A DNA stretch of 60,124 bases from a virus. Its lineage: Duplodnaviria; Caudoviricetes. How positions within the stretch are numbered: the first letter of the stretch is position 1; each line of letters opens with the position of its first letter. The DNA lies in the IMG/VR virus record IMGVR_UViG_3300029448_000032, positions 1 through 60,124 of that record; one strand, given 5' to 3'. The notes below the pieces were generated by a model. It searched no databases, was not told the DNA's origin, and saw nothing but the letters and a program-made list of their open reading frames with translations. Below, one piece after another: positions 9,477 to 19,453 of this stretch. Made by a program: the position numbers and the translations under genes.

Positions 9477-11837
9477 TTACGAAAAGAAATAATCGCTATC
9501 AGCGATTTCTTTTACGTTTAGATTTCCTAGCTTGTAGTTATAACTAAACTTTTCAGGTTCCATTAATAACATATCGGCTATATGTTGATAGTAATCGCCA
9601 TGATCGTACATTTTAATGAACACTTCTTTAGTTAAGTCTAATAAGCTAGCTACATCACAACCGTGAGTAGAAAATGAGTCATGTATTGCAGCGAAGTCAC
9701 CGTCCCAATGGTGTATAATTAACGCCATATGAGCTGCATCCATACTGTGAATAAAGTTTGGGCTTATGCCCGAAGCAAAGCCGCCAGGGCTTGCTATCTT
9801 TTTGCCGTATACAAGGCGGTGTTCCTTACCGACATGCTGGATTCTCATATCCGATATCCAGCTTTTCCATTTGATATCTTCCATTACGTAATTTTCATAT
9901 CGTACTGGAAATCCAGATGGAGTAGTCCACTCAATAACAGGCTCATTCAAGTCTGCTATAATGTGGTTTGCTATTGCTTGTAGATAACTCATAGTTTCTA
10001 ACGGACCGGGACAAACTTCATCTATCGCTTTAATTAGATTAAAAGATAGATCATTACAGTCTGACATAGATATATTATACTTACTATGGAATCCTTCAGC
10101 GTAGCAATCAGCGTACATATTTAATGCTATGGCTAAATGACCTGCGCTATAAGCTCTAGTCATAGACCCACGTTTAGAGATACCTTTACGGATATGTTTC
10201 ATAGGCATATCACGAGACTCAAACCACTCAGGCATACGAGCTATTAAAGCTTTAGCCGTTTGTACATAGAAGTCTTTAGGTATTTCTGTTTGAACTAGAC
10301 CTACAAGCTTACCAGCTTCTTTGTCTTTAGATATAGCAGCCAAGTGTTGCCACCCATTATTAGATCCATCAATAGGAATAGGAAGGTTTATATAGTAATC
10401 ATTCTCAGGAGATTGATCCCATAAAGTACACCATGCTTTACAACAAGCAAGAAAGCTAACAGGCTTCTCTGCTTTATCATGGATAGTACGGTTGATCCAA
10501 GTATTTCTGATAAAGTCTTCGTTATTAGAAACCCATTTAACTCTATCATCAATAGTCATCTTATCAACTGAGATGTCTGTCAACCTTTCATTTTCCAAGT
10601 GACTCTTATAATCAGCATCACACCACTCAGGTATGTTATCAATAGTATACGATTGATTATATGTACAGGCTGTATGTACTGCAAAGTAATACAAGCCTTC
10701 ATCAGTCATCGGTTTAGCACTTGCGAATTTAAGTAGACCACGTTCCATGTCTTTACCTTGATAGTTCAAGTAAGACTCTCTGTAATATAGTCTACCACGA
10801 TAATCTGTATCTACATATTGGAAAAAGATTTTATTCTCTAATGCTTCAGCTTTCTGAACAGTCATATTGTAAGCATCAAACTTACTACGGTTCTTTAATA
10901 ATACTAGCTTAGCATTCCAATTAGTAGCAGCGTTATCATATTTCTTTTGAGCTCTGACTAATGGCTTCTTGTCAGGTTTATTACGTAGTTTATTAGTTAA
11001 TCTTCTTAACTCTCCGTAATACCTTTTCTCTAAAGATTTATTACCTAAATCTGGTTTAAATACCACATCATTCCAGTATAAATCTTTTCCTTCCAACTCT
11101 TTGTTGTTACCAAATATACAATAGCGGTAGTTCTTACCGGTCTCATCTGATACTTTAAGAGTTTCAGTTACAAACTTACGTTTGTTTTTCTTAACCGCTT
11201 CTAAGATATCACTATCAATAGTCCAAGCTGTTTGCTGCAATTTGTTTATCGCATCTACAAATGGTTCATCTAATAACTCTTTAAATGATTCGGCTTTATC
11301 GAAACCCCAATGCTTTATTACTGGGTAACCATTCTCTTGGAATAGATTATGAATACGGTTTATCTTCGTAAACGAAGTGTTCTGTATTAACTCGTTTACT
11401 ACGTCACTGGGAAGTGATCCAATTTGTAACCACTTTTCAGAGGTCTCTATCATATATGGAGCTCTACTGAAAGGCTTTTTACCTATAGGATTAGCTTCCC
11501 ATTTTATTTGAGCTTCAGTTGGAGCTCTAAATATTTTTATATATCCACATTCATAGAACGCTTCAAGAACTAGGTCGCCGACTGTTACGTCAGCTCTAAA
11601 CCCTAGCTCTACTCCCTTCTGAAGCAACACATTCTTACCTATAGCAACCGAAGCTGCTGTAAGTTTACATGTTGCTGACTCAGAAGTTGAAGTCTTTGTG
11701 AAGTGGTATTGCAGTATAGTTAATGCGTCATATACTAACCGCTTCGGATCCAGCTTGTGTTCGTTCACCAGCTTTACTGCCCACCTCTGCGGTGTATTTA
11801 TAATTTTCTGTTCTAAATACTCTATTATGTTCTGCAT
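9477..11837 (-). CDS. T7-like single-subunit RNA polymerase (~786 aa)
   Basis: DYRGRLY, PIDGSNNGWQH, KRGSMTRAY, SPNFIHSMDA, AIHDSF, C-terminal YFFS; start placed at MQNII (11837) after AGGAG RBS. Confidence 0.95.
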   Translation of the reverse strand: MQNIIEYLEQKIINTPQRWAVKLVNEHKLDPKRLVYDALTILQYHFTKTSTSESATCKLTAASVAIGKNVLLQKGVELGFRADVTVGDLVLEAFYECGYIKIFRAPTEAQIKWEANPIGKKPFSRAPYMIETSEKWLQIGSLPSDVVNELIQNTSFTKINRIHNLFQENGYPVIKHWGFDKAESFKELLDEPFVDAINKLQQTAWTIDSDILEAVKKNKRKFVTETLKVSDETGKNYRYCIFGNNKELEGKDLYWNDVVFKPDLGNKSLEKRYYGELRRLTNKLRNKPDKKPLVRAQKKYDNAATNWNAKLVLLKNRSKFDAYNMTVQKAEALENKIFFQYVDTDYRGRLYYRESYLNYQGKDMERGLLKFASAKPMTDEGLYYFAVHTACTYNQSYTIDNIPEWCDADYKSHLENERLTDISVDKMTIDDRVKWVSNNEDFIRNTWINRTIHDKAEKPVSFLACCKAWCTLWDQSPENDYYINLPIPIDGSNNGWQHLAAISKDKEAGKLVGLVQTEIPKDFYVQTAKALIARMPEWFESRDMPMKHIRKGISKRGSMTRAYSAGHLAIALNMYADCYAEGFHSKYNISMSDCNDLSFNLIKAIDEVCPGPLETMSYLQAIANHIIADLNEPVIEWTTPSGFPVRYENYVMEDIKWKSWISDMRIQHVGKEHRLVYGKKIASPGGFASGISPNFIHSMDAAHMALIIHHWDGDFAAIHDSFSTHGCDVASLLDLTKEVFIKMYDHGDYYQHIADMLLMEPEKFSYNYKLGNLNVKEIADSDYFFS

Positions 11838-12186
11838 TATTTCTCCTAGTTTTGCGGAACGGATTATGTGTAACGTTAAACAGGTCACACCCATTCCTTA
11901 AGCAACATTTTATTTCATGAGATTCTACTACAGTAGCTTCTTTATCTGTCATCTGTCCACCTTTAATCACAACAACATCTTGTATTTTGTGGACAGACAA
12001 CTTATCAAGCAACCAAATATGGTGGTCATAACCACGGTTAGTTATCTGGTATGCTCTATGTAAAGTACCCTTACCAACGTATACTACGTTATCCGTTTCC
12101 GGATCTTTATGAAAGTAAACACAGTACATATCTTCAGGATACTTTACAACTTCATGGGTATCTTCTCTAATCTCTATCTGACGCAA
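11728..12186 (-). CDS. GIY-YIG-like nuclease
   Basis: YCVYFH...VVYVGKG..RA pattern; 3' end overlaps the RNAP gene. Confidence 0.55.
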   Translation of the reverse strand: MRQIEIREDTHEVVKYPEDMYCVYFHKDPETDNVVYVGKGTLHRAYQITNRGYDHHIWLLDKLSVHKIQDVVVIKGGQMTDKEATVVESHEIKCCLRNGCDLFNVTHNPFRKTRRNNAEHNRVFRTENYKYTAEVGSKAGERTQAGSEAVSI

Positions 12187-12613
12187 TTTCTACTCCATAT
12201 TTTTTGAGTAGTTCTAAAGGTTCTGTGTCAGGAACTCTAAGATCTAGCTCTTTACTAGGTTTACAGTATACTTTATCGTATACTAGTCTCTTAATACCCG
12301 CCTGTAATATGAGTTTAGTACACTCTTTACAAGGCGAGTATGTTAGATATAATGTAGCACCTTCAGAAGAAGAAGTTGAAGCAGCCAATTTAGCTATAGC
12401 ATTTGCTTCGGCATGAACGACTTCCCACTTAGTGTTTCCAGCACCATCGCGGGTTTCATTAATCATACCATGGGGAGTGCCATTCCAACCATAACTAAGT
12501 ATCTTATTACCATTAGCTATAACTGCTCCAACTTTATAGAGATTATCACGAGATCTTTTGCCAACTACTTCGGCCATCTTAAGATACATGTGATCGTCTT
12601 TAGATAACGTCAA
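12167..12613 (-). CDS. dCMP deaminase
   Basis: GWNG, HAEANAI, SPCKEC motifs. Confidence 0.93.
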   Translation of the reverse strand: MTLSKDDHMYLKMAEVVGKRSRDNLYKVGAVIANGNKILSYGWNGTPHGMINETRDGAGNTKWEVVHAEANAIAKLAASTSSSEGATLYLTYSPCKECTKLILQAGIKRLVYDKVYCKPSKELDLRVPDTEPLELLKKYGVEIASDRD

Positions 12614-14201
12614 AGCTATCTCCTTTCTGTAATCTACCGGTGCGCATATTATAATTACTTATACCTGCTGGTCCAGTTAATCCAGTAAACCTTGACTTTA
12701 ATACGGTCAACTGAATTTGATTACGATCTTCTTCATTAGGTGCGACAAGGTTTCTTGAGAAAGCTATAATATCAAACGATATTTGTTTGATACTACCACT
12801 ACCCTTTATGTCATCGATAGAAGCCATATTACCTTCTTCGAAAGCTTTACCACCTGACTTACGTAAGTGACTTACTATACCTAACCAGATGTTATGCTTC
12901 TTAACTACCTTAAGTAGATCAGACATAACCTTGTCAACCGCTTCGTTGCCTGATAGTCCTTCACTACCTTCAGATACAGCTATAGTTATATGGTCTAAGA
13001 ATAAATACTTACATCCCATAAGAGCCATATACTCTATCTTATCTAGTAATGAACTATCTTCAACAGAACCTTGGTGATCTAATAAAACAAGACGTTCGTC
13101 TTTAAATACCTTTTCAAAGCCGGTTCTCATTTCATATTCACTTATAGGTTCATCACCACCAATACGTTTATTAATAGTCATACCAATAAACTTCTCAGCG
13201 GTATCACCTACACTTTCTTCAAGAGATATTAAACCAATACGGTCATCTTTAGTAGTAGATAGTAGATGCCATATGATCTCTTTTATTACAGTAGATTTTC
13301 CAGAACCAGTACCACTAGTGAACAAAGTTATTTCACCGTGTCTCATTCCCTTTAGTTTATCGTTTAAACCTGTTAAACATTCAGGATAAGGTACCGACTG
13401 AACGTTCTGGCGTTCAACAAATTTATCCCATATACCTTCACCAGTAAGGATACCAGCAGGATTATATTGTTGAGCATTCCAGATAGCATGAGAAACTTCT
13501 TTACTTCCTTTACTCATAAACAAATCGCTAGCATCTTTCTCTTGTACAGTTACGACCTTAACTTTGTCAAAACCTATAATCTTACTAGCTTGAGATATAG
13601 CTTTCTTTCCTGCTTCATCATTGTCAAACCATAATATTACATCATCAAATCTTCTGATCCAATCTCGGTTATCTAATAGTATTTGTAGTTGATTAGCAGA
13701 AGGAATAGATACAACAGGATAAATCCTTTTACTTATATCTAACCAAGCTTGACCTATAGATAGAGCATCGAGTTCACCTTCAGTTATGACTAGCATTTTA
13801 CCACCACCATTAAACTTGTCTTGTCCAAATAGTTTCTTTGGTTTTCCTACTAATCTAAATTCTTTAGGTAATATTCTAATTTTGTAGCAGTCATCTCCAT
13901 AAGGATAGAAATGAGCTGGCTGGTTGTTATACTGATGAGTCTTTACTCCAAAGTATTTTACTACATTCTCTGAAATATTGCGACTAGGCATACTATGCCC
14001 AGGATAGTTAGAAATATCGGTGATGTCAGATTGTTTATTATTATTTGTATCGGTAATGGGTTCAATAGCATTATCTCCTTTAGTATATACGCCACACGCA
14101 AAGCAATAAGTGTGGTCATCAGATGGATCATGCATTAACCCATCTGAACTACCACAATCTTTGCATTCATATCTAGCATTATCGTTTAATTTCTTCAACA
14201 T
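12600..14201 (-). CDS. T7 gp4-like primase-helicase
   Basis: N-terminal Zn finger, TOPRIM EGELD/FDND, Walker A SGTGSGKST, LDHI, GSGSIKQ. Confidence 0.95.
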   Translation of the reverse strand: MLKKLNDNARYECKDCGSSDGLMHDPSDDHTYCFACGVYTKGDNAIEPITDTNNNKQSDITDISNYPGHSMPSRNISENVVKYFGVKTHQYNNQPAHFYPYGDDCYKIRILPKEFRLVGKPKKLFGQDKFNGGGKMLVITEGELDALSIGQAWLDISKRIYPVVSIPSANQLQILLDNRDWIRRFDDVILWFDNDEAGKKAISQASKIIGFDKVKVVTVQEKDASDLFMSKGSKEVSHAIWNAQQYNPAGILTGEGIWDKFVERQNVQSVPYPECLTGLNDKLKGMRHGEITLFTSGTGSGKSTVIKEIIWHLLSTTKDDRIGLISLEESVGDTAEKFIGMTINKRIGGDEPISEYEMRTGFEKVFKDERLVLLDHQGSVEDSSLLDKIEYMALMGCKYLFLDHITIAVSEGSEGLSGNEAVDKVMSDLLKVVKKHNIWLGIVSHLRKSGGKAFEEGNMASIDDIKGSGSIKQISFDIIAFSRNLVAPNEEDRNQIQLTVLKSRFTGLTGPAGISNYNMRTGRLQKGDSFDVI

Positions 14202-14556
14202 TTATCTCCAGTCTTTCTTCGCCTCGCTTTACAAGATGTTTGTAAGCAGCGATCTCATAACAGTATTTATCATTCCAATCGAAAACTTTTTGTAAAGCAT
14301 CTAAAGACGGTTTGAGTACGTTATCAAGGTCCGATGCTCTATTACTAAAGAACGCATTGAAAGTAACTTTTAAGTCAGCAGTCTTTTCAAACTGCCAACT
14401 CATTTCGTTAGTTGATTCTATAAAATTACTAAGAAACAACTTGTATTCTGTCGTCGGATACTTCTGAGCGAAGTTCTTTCCGCTCTTCGTTCTCACTGCC
14501 CTCATCCCTTCCATTCGGTTTGCTGACATTGGTTTCCCGTTTATAACGATCTTCAT
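14179..14556 (-). CDS. RusA-like Holliday junction resolvase
   Basis: DLDNVLKPSLDAL...ND motif. Confidence 0.8.
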   Translation of the reverse strand: MKIVINGKPMSANRMEGMRAVRTKSGKNFAQKYPTTEYKLFLSNFIESTNEMSWQFEKTADLKVTFNAFFSNRASDLDNVLKPSLDALQKVFDWNDKYCYEIAAYKHLVKRGEERLEINVEEIKR

Positions 14557-15247
14557 AGTTCCACTCCTCTAGATCCCATGTACGTTTCATATATATTAGA
14601 TTGCCGATCATATTAAGTTGTTTCTCCCAACCATTTCCATATAATCTTTTCCACTGGTCTACTACAACAGACATACGAGTGTCATAAGTAGTATCTGCTA
14701 AAGCTTTCTTAGCAGTTTTGATTCCATATCCTTTCTTTAGTTTAGGTATGTCATCACCAGCATCTCCAATAAGTAACTGAACACAGAAATTAAGATCAGC
14801 TTCTTCATCATCGACAAAGTAAACTTCTTTCTTGTTATAGTTATAATGATTTCCAGCAATTTGATTTATGTCTTTATCAATATGCGCAATCACAAAGTCT
14901 TCATCAGCAGCTCTTGCTTCATAAGCCCATATAGAAACTAAGTCATCAGCTTCCATACCATCAGCAGCAACAGCTCCCCATTTATCTGTAAGATATTCGT
15001 AAGCATTGTTGAGTCTATTCTTTAAACCTTCTTCTAATTTAGTATCTTTACGAGAGGATTTATAATCAGAATAGATATTGTAACGAAAGTTATTCTTACC
15101 TTTAACAGCAATATAAGTTTCATCAGCAAAACAATCAGCAATAGAATCTTCGATTATCTTACGAGTAACTAATCGAGTATTATGTTGAGTGTCTTGAGTA
15201 CAAGCAGCTTTAAATAAAATACTATCGGCATCAATAAATAATTTCAT
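14429..15247 (-). CDS. 5'-3' exonuclease (T7 gp6-like)
   Basis: IDADS, YKSSR, EADD, DKD, GDAGDDI motifs. Confidence 0.9.
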   Translation of the reverse strand: MKLFIDADSILFKAACTQDTQHNTRLVTRKIIEDSIADCFADETYIAVKGKNNFRYNIYSDYKSSRKDTKLEEGLKNRLNNAYEYLTDKWGAVAADGMEADDLVSIWAYEARAADEDFVIAHIDKDINQIAGNHYNYNKKEVYFVDDEEADLNFCVQLLIGDAGDDIPKLKKGYGIKTAKKALADTTYDTRMSVVVDQWKRLYGNGWEKQLNMIGNLIYMKRTWDLEEWNYEDRYKRETNVSKPNGRDEGSENEERKELRSEVSDDRIQVVS

Positions 15248-15375
15248 TTGATTCCCTTATTTTTATCACGTTTACGGTTATACTTTTTCTTATTAGGTAT
15301 AACTTGTTTAGGTTTCCTATTGCGCAATAATGCTCGCGCAACAGGGTTTATTATAGATTTAAAATTTATTCTCAT
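15244..15375 (-). CDS. Small basic 43-aa protein, weakly ArfA-like
   Basis: Translated by hand: MRINFKSIINPVARALLRNRKPKQVIPNKKKYNRKRDKNKGIK; 4-bp overlaps with both neighbours. Confidence 0.6.
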   Translation of the reverse strand: MRINFKSIINPVARALLRNRKPKQVIPNKKKYNRKRDKNKGIK

Positions 15376-15728
15376 TGATAGTATATCTCCGGTTTATCGT
15401 TGTTTTTAAGATGTACTATGTCAGCGTTATACAAAGGCTTTTTAGTTTCTTTATTAACAAATGTAGAATGTTTATAAGGATTATAAGTCGCCTGCTTGGT
15501 CATACTAAAATAGTCTTCACTGTTCTGTATATTAGATAGTGTACCTCTAACAAAGGCATGGACATTCTTTTTACGTTCAGTTAAAACTTTAGCACGACCA
15601 GCAGGTTGAACTACAAACTCAGCATCTTTTATAAACACATCATCGCTATGTAGTATAACTATACCTTTATATCTTACTGAGAATATCTTCTTATGTAAGT
15701 TATAGTATACGTCTACCTTAGACATCAA
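15372..15728 (-). CDS. Conserved phage hypothetical protein
   Basis: VYYNLHKK...KKNVHAFVRG...YNPYK pattern, recalled from marine phages. Confidence 0.7.
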   Translation of the reverse strand: MMSKVDVYYNLHKKIFSVRYKGIVILHSDDVFIKDAEFVVQPAGRAKVLTERKKNVHAFVRGTLSNIQNSEDYFSMTKQATYNPYKHSTFVNKETKKPLYNADIVHLKNNDKPEIYYQ

Positions 15729-17584
15729 TGTACCTCCGCGTAAGACTTACCTATTACATAGTCACCACCATCCATACACTCAACACCAAACCATTTAGGT
15801 GCTTCACGAAAAGATTCTTGTAGGATTTCTCCAACACGGTTAGAATCTTTATCACTTGCTATCCAAGCTTGTTCATCATGGTAGAATATAGCAGGATAAG
15901 CATCAAGCTTTTCCTCTTTAATCTTATTCATAGCATAACTAACAGAGGCTTTACAAGTAATACCTTCAGCAGTTTGAAGTAAGTAATTAAGAACTTGGTA
16001 ATCAGACCTAGCAAATATTTTACGACCATCAAGAGCTGGTATAGACCCATACTTATTGAACACAGATCGTAGTTTGTTAACTAGTCTCTCAAATCCTGGT
16101 AAGTTAGCCATGAATTTTCTTCTAGCTTCTTTACCCTTAGGTATACTACTAACTCCTGTAAGAGTTTGTCCAAGCTTAGCATCACCTGCACCAAACAGAA
16201 CAGCATAAAGAAATGATTTAGCTAAAGGTCGAGAGCAATTAAGAACAGCTGCGTTACGAGCATGTTGGTCTCCATTAATAACTAGATCTGTGTAAGCTTT
16301 ATCTCCTACATAATGGCATAGCCCACGTAACTGGTTGCCAGCACTATCAGCACCAACAACATTATAACCTGGTTCAGAGATAAATAATTCTCTTAGCATT
16401 TTACCATAGTCTGCATCAACTGCAGGAAGATTAACAATAACTTCGTGACGACATCTAAAAGAAGGCGTACCAATAGTAAACATTCTTCCATGAAGACGTA
16501 CTCTATCGTTATCATCTTTCCATAGTTTCTCTATCCAAGATTCTATAGTAGCTTTACGGTTCTTTATAGTATAGTATCTATCAATGAGAGTACCTCTGCT
16601 ACCTAGTTTTCTCAATGAAGTTGTTGTAAGTTTAGGCCCGGTCTTTATCCATTGACCGTGACTTCCCTTCTTTACGTTCCAATCATCAGGCTTCCATCCA
16701 ATAGTATGCAGCCAGCTTTTAACTAGATCCATATTACTAAGAGTAACCTTTTCTATAGAAGTTCTTTGGAACTCTGTTCCAGGTAACATAGGTGGAGAAT
16801 CAGATAGAGCATCTTCACCAATCACTTTGCGACCAAGAAACTCAGATAATATTCTAGCAGTAGTTGCAGTATACAATCCAGCTTTAGTATACTTAGGAGT
16901 CTTCGGAGCTTTATCAATAAAGACTTCAGTAGTTCCTAAGTTAGGTTCAATTATAGATTCAATCTTCATCATGTGTTTAGTCATGAGTCTTAAGTTTTCT
17001 TTAGCTTTATCTAAATCAAACAACCAACCCTTCTTACGTACCATAGATTCAAAGATTGCTATATCATGTTCAACACGTAGACCTTTCTTAATTAGTTCAT
17101 TAGATTCTACAGCTGTATGTAGTTCAGCTAGCAGTACTTCATAAACCTTTGTGTTAAGTCTTACGTCTTGTTCACAATACTTTATCATGCCGGGATCGTA
17201 TGTCTTAAATCCCTCATTAGCCCATTCAGTATTGTCCATCTTCTTAAACCCAAGATGTTTACCCCATCCAGCAAGACCATGTCTGTGTGGTCTATTATAT
17301 CTTAATACCTGAGACATAACCCAAGTATCAATCAATGCAGTATGGGAAGACGGTCTCCAGTTAAAGAGCTTCTCTAGTCCCATCAAGTCGAACCCAATAA
17401 TGTTATGGCCTATTAATGCGTCAGCTTTAGACATTAAGTCTAGACCTATTTTAATAGGAGTATCATTAGGTTGATCTGTATATCTATAGATCTTCTTAGT
17501 TATAACATCTTGGCATATAAGTACGTGACAAGTAGTCATCTCTTCTAAGAATCCATCTGTTTCTATATCAAATACAAGTTGCAT
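15725..17584 (-). CDS. polA: Family A DNA polymerase with 3'-5' exonuclease
   Basis: FDIET, GHNIIGFD, motif A GADSAGNQLR, motif B AKSFLYAVLFG, motif C YHDE. Confidence 0.95.
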   Translation of the reverse strand: MQLVFDIETDGFLEEMTTCHVLICQDVITKKIYRYTDQPNDTPIKIGLDLMSKADALIGHNIIGFDLMGLEKLFNWRPSSHTALIDTWVMSQVLRYNRPHRHGLAGWGKHLGFKKMDNTEWANEGFKTYDPGMIKYCEQDVRLNTKVYEVLLAELHTAVESNELIKKGLRVEHDIAIFESMVRKKGWLFDLDKAKENLRLMTKHMMKIESIIEPNLGTTEVFIDKAPKTPKYTKAGLYTATTARILSEFLGRKVIGEDALSDSPPMLPGTEFQRTSIEKVTLSNMDLVKSWLHTIGWKPDDWNVKKGSHGQWIKTGPKLTTTSLRKLGSRGTLIDRYYTIKNRKATIESWIEKLWKDDNDRVRLHGRMFTIGTPSFRCRHEVIVNLPAVDADYGKMLRELFISEPGYNVVGADSAGNQLRGLCHYVGDKAYTDLVINGDQHARNAAVLNCSRPLAKSFLYAVLFGAGDAKLGQTLTGVSSIPKGKEARRKFMANLPGFERLVNKLRSVFNKYGSIPALDGRKIFARSDYQVLNYLLQTAEGITCKASVSYAMNKIKEEKLDAYPAIFYHDEQAWIASDKDSNRVGEILQESFREAPKWFGVECMDGGDYVIGKSYAEVH

Positions 17585-17606
17585 ATGATTCCTTTCATAT
17601 TTATTA

Positions 17607-17633
17607 GTTGAAAAAGCGCGATGAATATCGCGC
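17607..17633 (-). promoter_or_regulatory. Hairpin element (GC stem), candidate vRNAP promoter
   Basis: gttgaaaaa-gcgcg-atgaatat-cgcgc just upstream of polA. Confidence 0.65.
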
Positions 17634-17646
17634 TTTATTAGGGATC

Positions 17647-17844
17647 TTAATAACCTTTAGTCTTATTTAATCCTTGTTCAATCTCTTTAATCCTATCTTT
17701 AAGTACATTGATAGTAATTAAGAGCTCATTATTTTTTACTGAAGTAACTTCCTCTAGTCTAGTAACTAAAATGTTTACTTCAATCTTTAAATAAAATAAA
17801 TGGTTGATGCTTTGGCTACTCATAGTTTTCATAACCGCCATCAT
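17647..17844 (-). CDS. Hypothetical coiled-coil protein
   Basis: ORF only. Confidence 0.5.
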   Translation of the reverse strand: MMAVMKTMSSQSINHLFYLKIEVNILVTRLEEVTSVKNNELLITINVLKDRIKEIEQGLNKTKGY

Positions 17845-18301
17845 TAGAATGATGTAGTATAATGTGAGTATCTCCTACGTTATCAGCATGGTTAGGTCCA
17901 ACCCATCCCTCTGGTTTAATCATATCAGGTAAACCTAATGGATTAGGTCTTGAAGGTTTCTTTCCAGGTTCTTTACTCATGTTAGCTTTATGAACCCTTG
18001 ACCAAGCTTTATTAGCGTCAACACCTAGAATATCTAACGTACCTATTGCTACCACACATAAATCTATAAGACCATCAACAACTTCTTGTGCGTTCTTATC
18101 TAACACGGCTGCAGCTTTAGTCTCGTTAAGTTCTTCTTCTAAGAATTTAATACGAAAATTTAAGAATTCTCTTAAAGTATTGTAGTCTTCTTCATCTATC
18201 TTACGAGCCATCCACTTATGCACACCAAATTTCTGATGCATTGCATGAATGTCTTCTGCCCACGAAGATCGTTTGCCATAAACTCCAGGATATTTCATCA
18301 C
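17816..18301 (-). CDS. MazG/PRA-PH-like NTP pyrophosphohydrolase (candidate dCTPase)
   Basis: EEELNE...DGLIDL...NMSK; adjacent to the dCMP hydroxymethylase. Confidence 0.8.
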   Translation of the reverse strand: MMKYPGVYGKRSSWAEDIHAMHQKFGVHKWMARKIDEEDYNTLREFLNFRIKFLEEELNETKAAAVLDKNAQEVVDGLIDLCVVAIGTLDILGVDANKAWSRVHKANMSKEPGKKPSRPNPLGLPDMIKPEGWVGPNHADNVGDTHIILHHSNDGGYENYE

Positions 18302-18359
18302 ACACTCTCCTTTATGTCGGTAATGTCGGTTAAGTTAAATAAAATTTTAAAGGTACTAC

Positions 18360-19106
18360 TCATCCAGACCTCATAGGTACTACATAGTCTTTAGGTTTAA
18401 TACATTCTTCTATTAAATGAAAATGTCTAGGATATACATGAAGGTTCTGAACCTGCCACGTAATATGCCCTGCTTCAAGACCGAGATCTATCGCAAGACG
18501 GTTAATTACTTTAACTTGCCAAGCATAATCATTAATGTACCCAAATACCGCATCGTTTGAGCGCATCTGAACTACACCATAGAGCGCTGTTCCTCTTTTA
18601 TAGTATGTTACAGCATTTGTACAGACAAAGTCATTCTTACCATGCTCTATGGCCGTCTGATGCATGTCTGGGTTTGTGTATATCATAGTAGCTCTTCGAG
18701 AATTAGGACGTAGCTTTAATTCTTGGACTACATTATTATATTGGCTGCCATTCTCTTTACTATAGATTAAGTATCCATAGTTAGAGTTAATGTCACCATC
18801 AGTATTAGCGGTTACATCCTTCCATATAGCAGGAACCTTACCGTAAATATCTCCTAAATCATTTACGTTTAGACTTTGAGAATCATACCACTCTAATTCA
18901 GCTTCAATGTACTTAACATTTCTTTCTCCGAATATAGTCGGTTCATCAGCAAGGAAGCTGGCAGCTCTTATCTCGAGCGTACCATCTTCCTGAAAGTCTT
19001 GGTTCTTATACAGTTGAATGAATTCTTTTTTGATTTCACCCGACAGCATTAGCTTCCTTTCTTCTATGTTTAAAATAGTGGTCAACCATTTGTTGGTCAC
19101 ATACAA
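18360..19106 (-). CDS. dCMP hydroxymethylase (T4 gp42-like, ThyA fold)
   Basis: ASFLADEP, ELEWY, INSNYG, SRRA.MIYT, DFVCTN, MRSNDAVFGYINDYAWQ, LHVYPRHF closely follow T4 gp42; true start may be MLSGE (~19049). Confidence 0.88.
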   Translation of the reverse strand: MYVTNKWLTTILNIEERKLMLSGEIKKEFIQLYKNQDFQEDGTLEIRAASFLADEPTIFGERNVKYIEAELEWYDSQSLNVNDLGDIYGKVPAIWKDVTANTDGDINSNYGYLIYSKENGSQYNNVVQELKLRPNSRRATMIYTNPDMHQTAIEHGKNDFVCTNAVTYYKRGTALYGVVQMRSNDAVFGYINDYAWQVKVINRLAIDLGLEAGHITWQVQNLHVYPRHFHLIEECIKPKDYVVPMRSG

Positions 19107-19437
19107 ATGTTTTACCTGAGCCTTGTTCTGTTATTTGATAAGGTCTTTTTCTAGCCTTACTCTTATAACCGGTAAGTTTAAATTGCTTACCATCTATCAT
19201 GGCGGTAACATTAGTATCTAAATCATGGAGTCTAGCCCATACATCTAAGTCTTTCTTTTCTTTAGACCTATTTCCTTTGATTCTAGCTATAACTTTAAAT
19301 GTAACTTCATCTTCATCGTAGCTAGCATTACCTACTTTAATATCTAAATCAGGTAACTCGTCATAAGCTCTCATATTTATAGAGCTTTGTAGTTGATTTC
19401 TAATTTCTTTAACAAGTTGTTTATTAAATGATTGCAT
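19036..19437 (-). CDS. Hypothetical protein
   Basis: ORF with AAGGA RBS. Confidence 0.65.
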   Translation of the reverse strand: MQSFNKQLVKEIRNQLQSSINMRAYDELPDLDIKVGNASYDEDEVTFKVIARIKGNRSKEKKDLDVWARLHDLDTNVTAMIDGKQFKLTGYKSKARKRPYQITEQGSGKTFVCDQQMVDHYFKHRRKEANAVG

Positions 19438-19453
19438 TATAGTATTCCTTTTT

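Noticed and set aside
18360-19106. Ordinary thymidylate synthase ThyA
   Set aside because: Motifs follow T4 gp42, including the Asp in NDYAWQ, and ThyX is encoded separately
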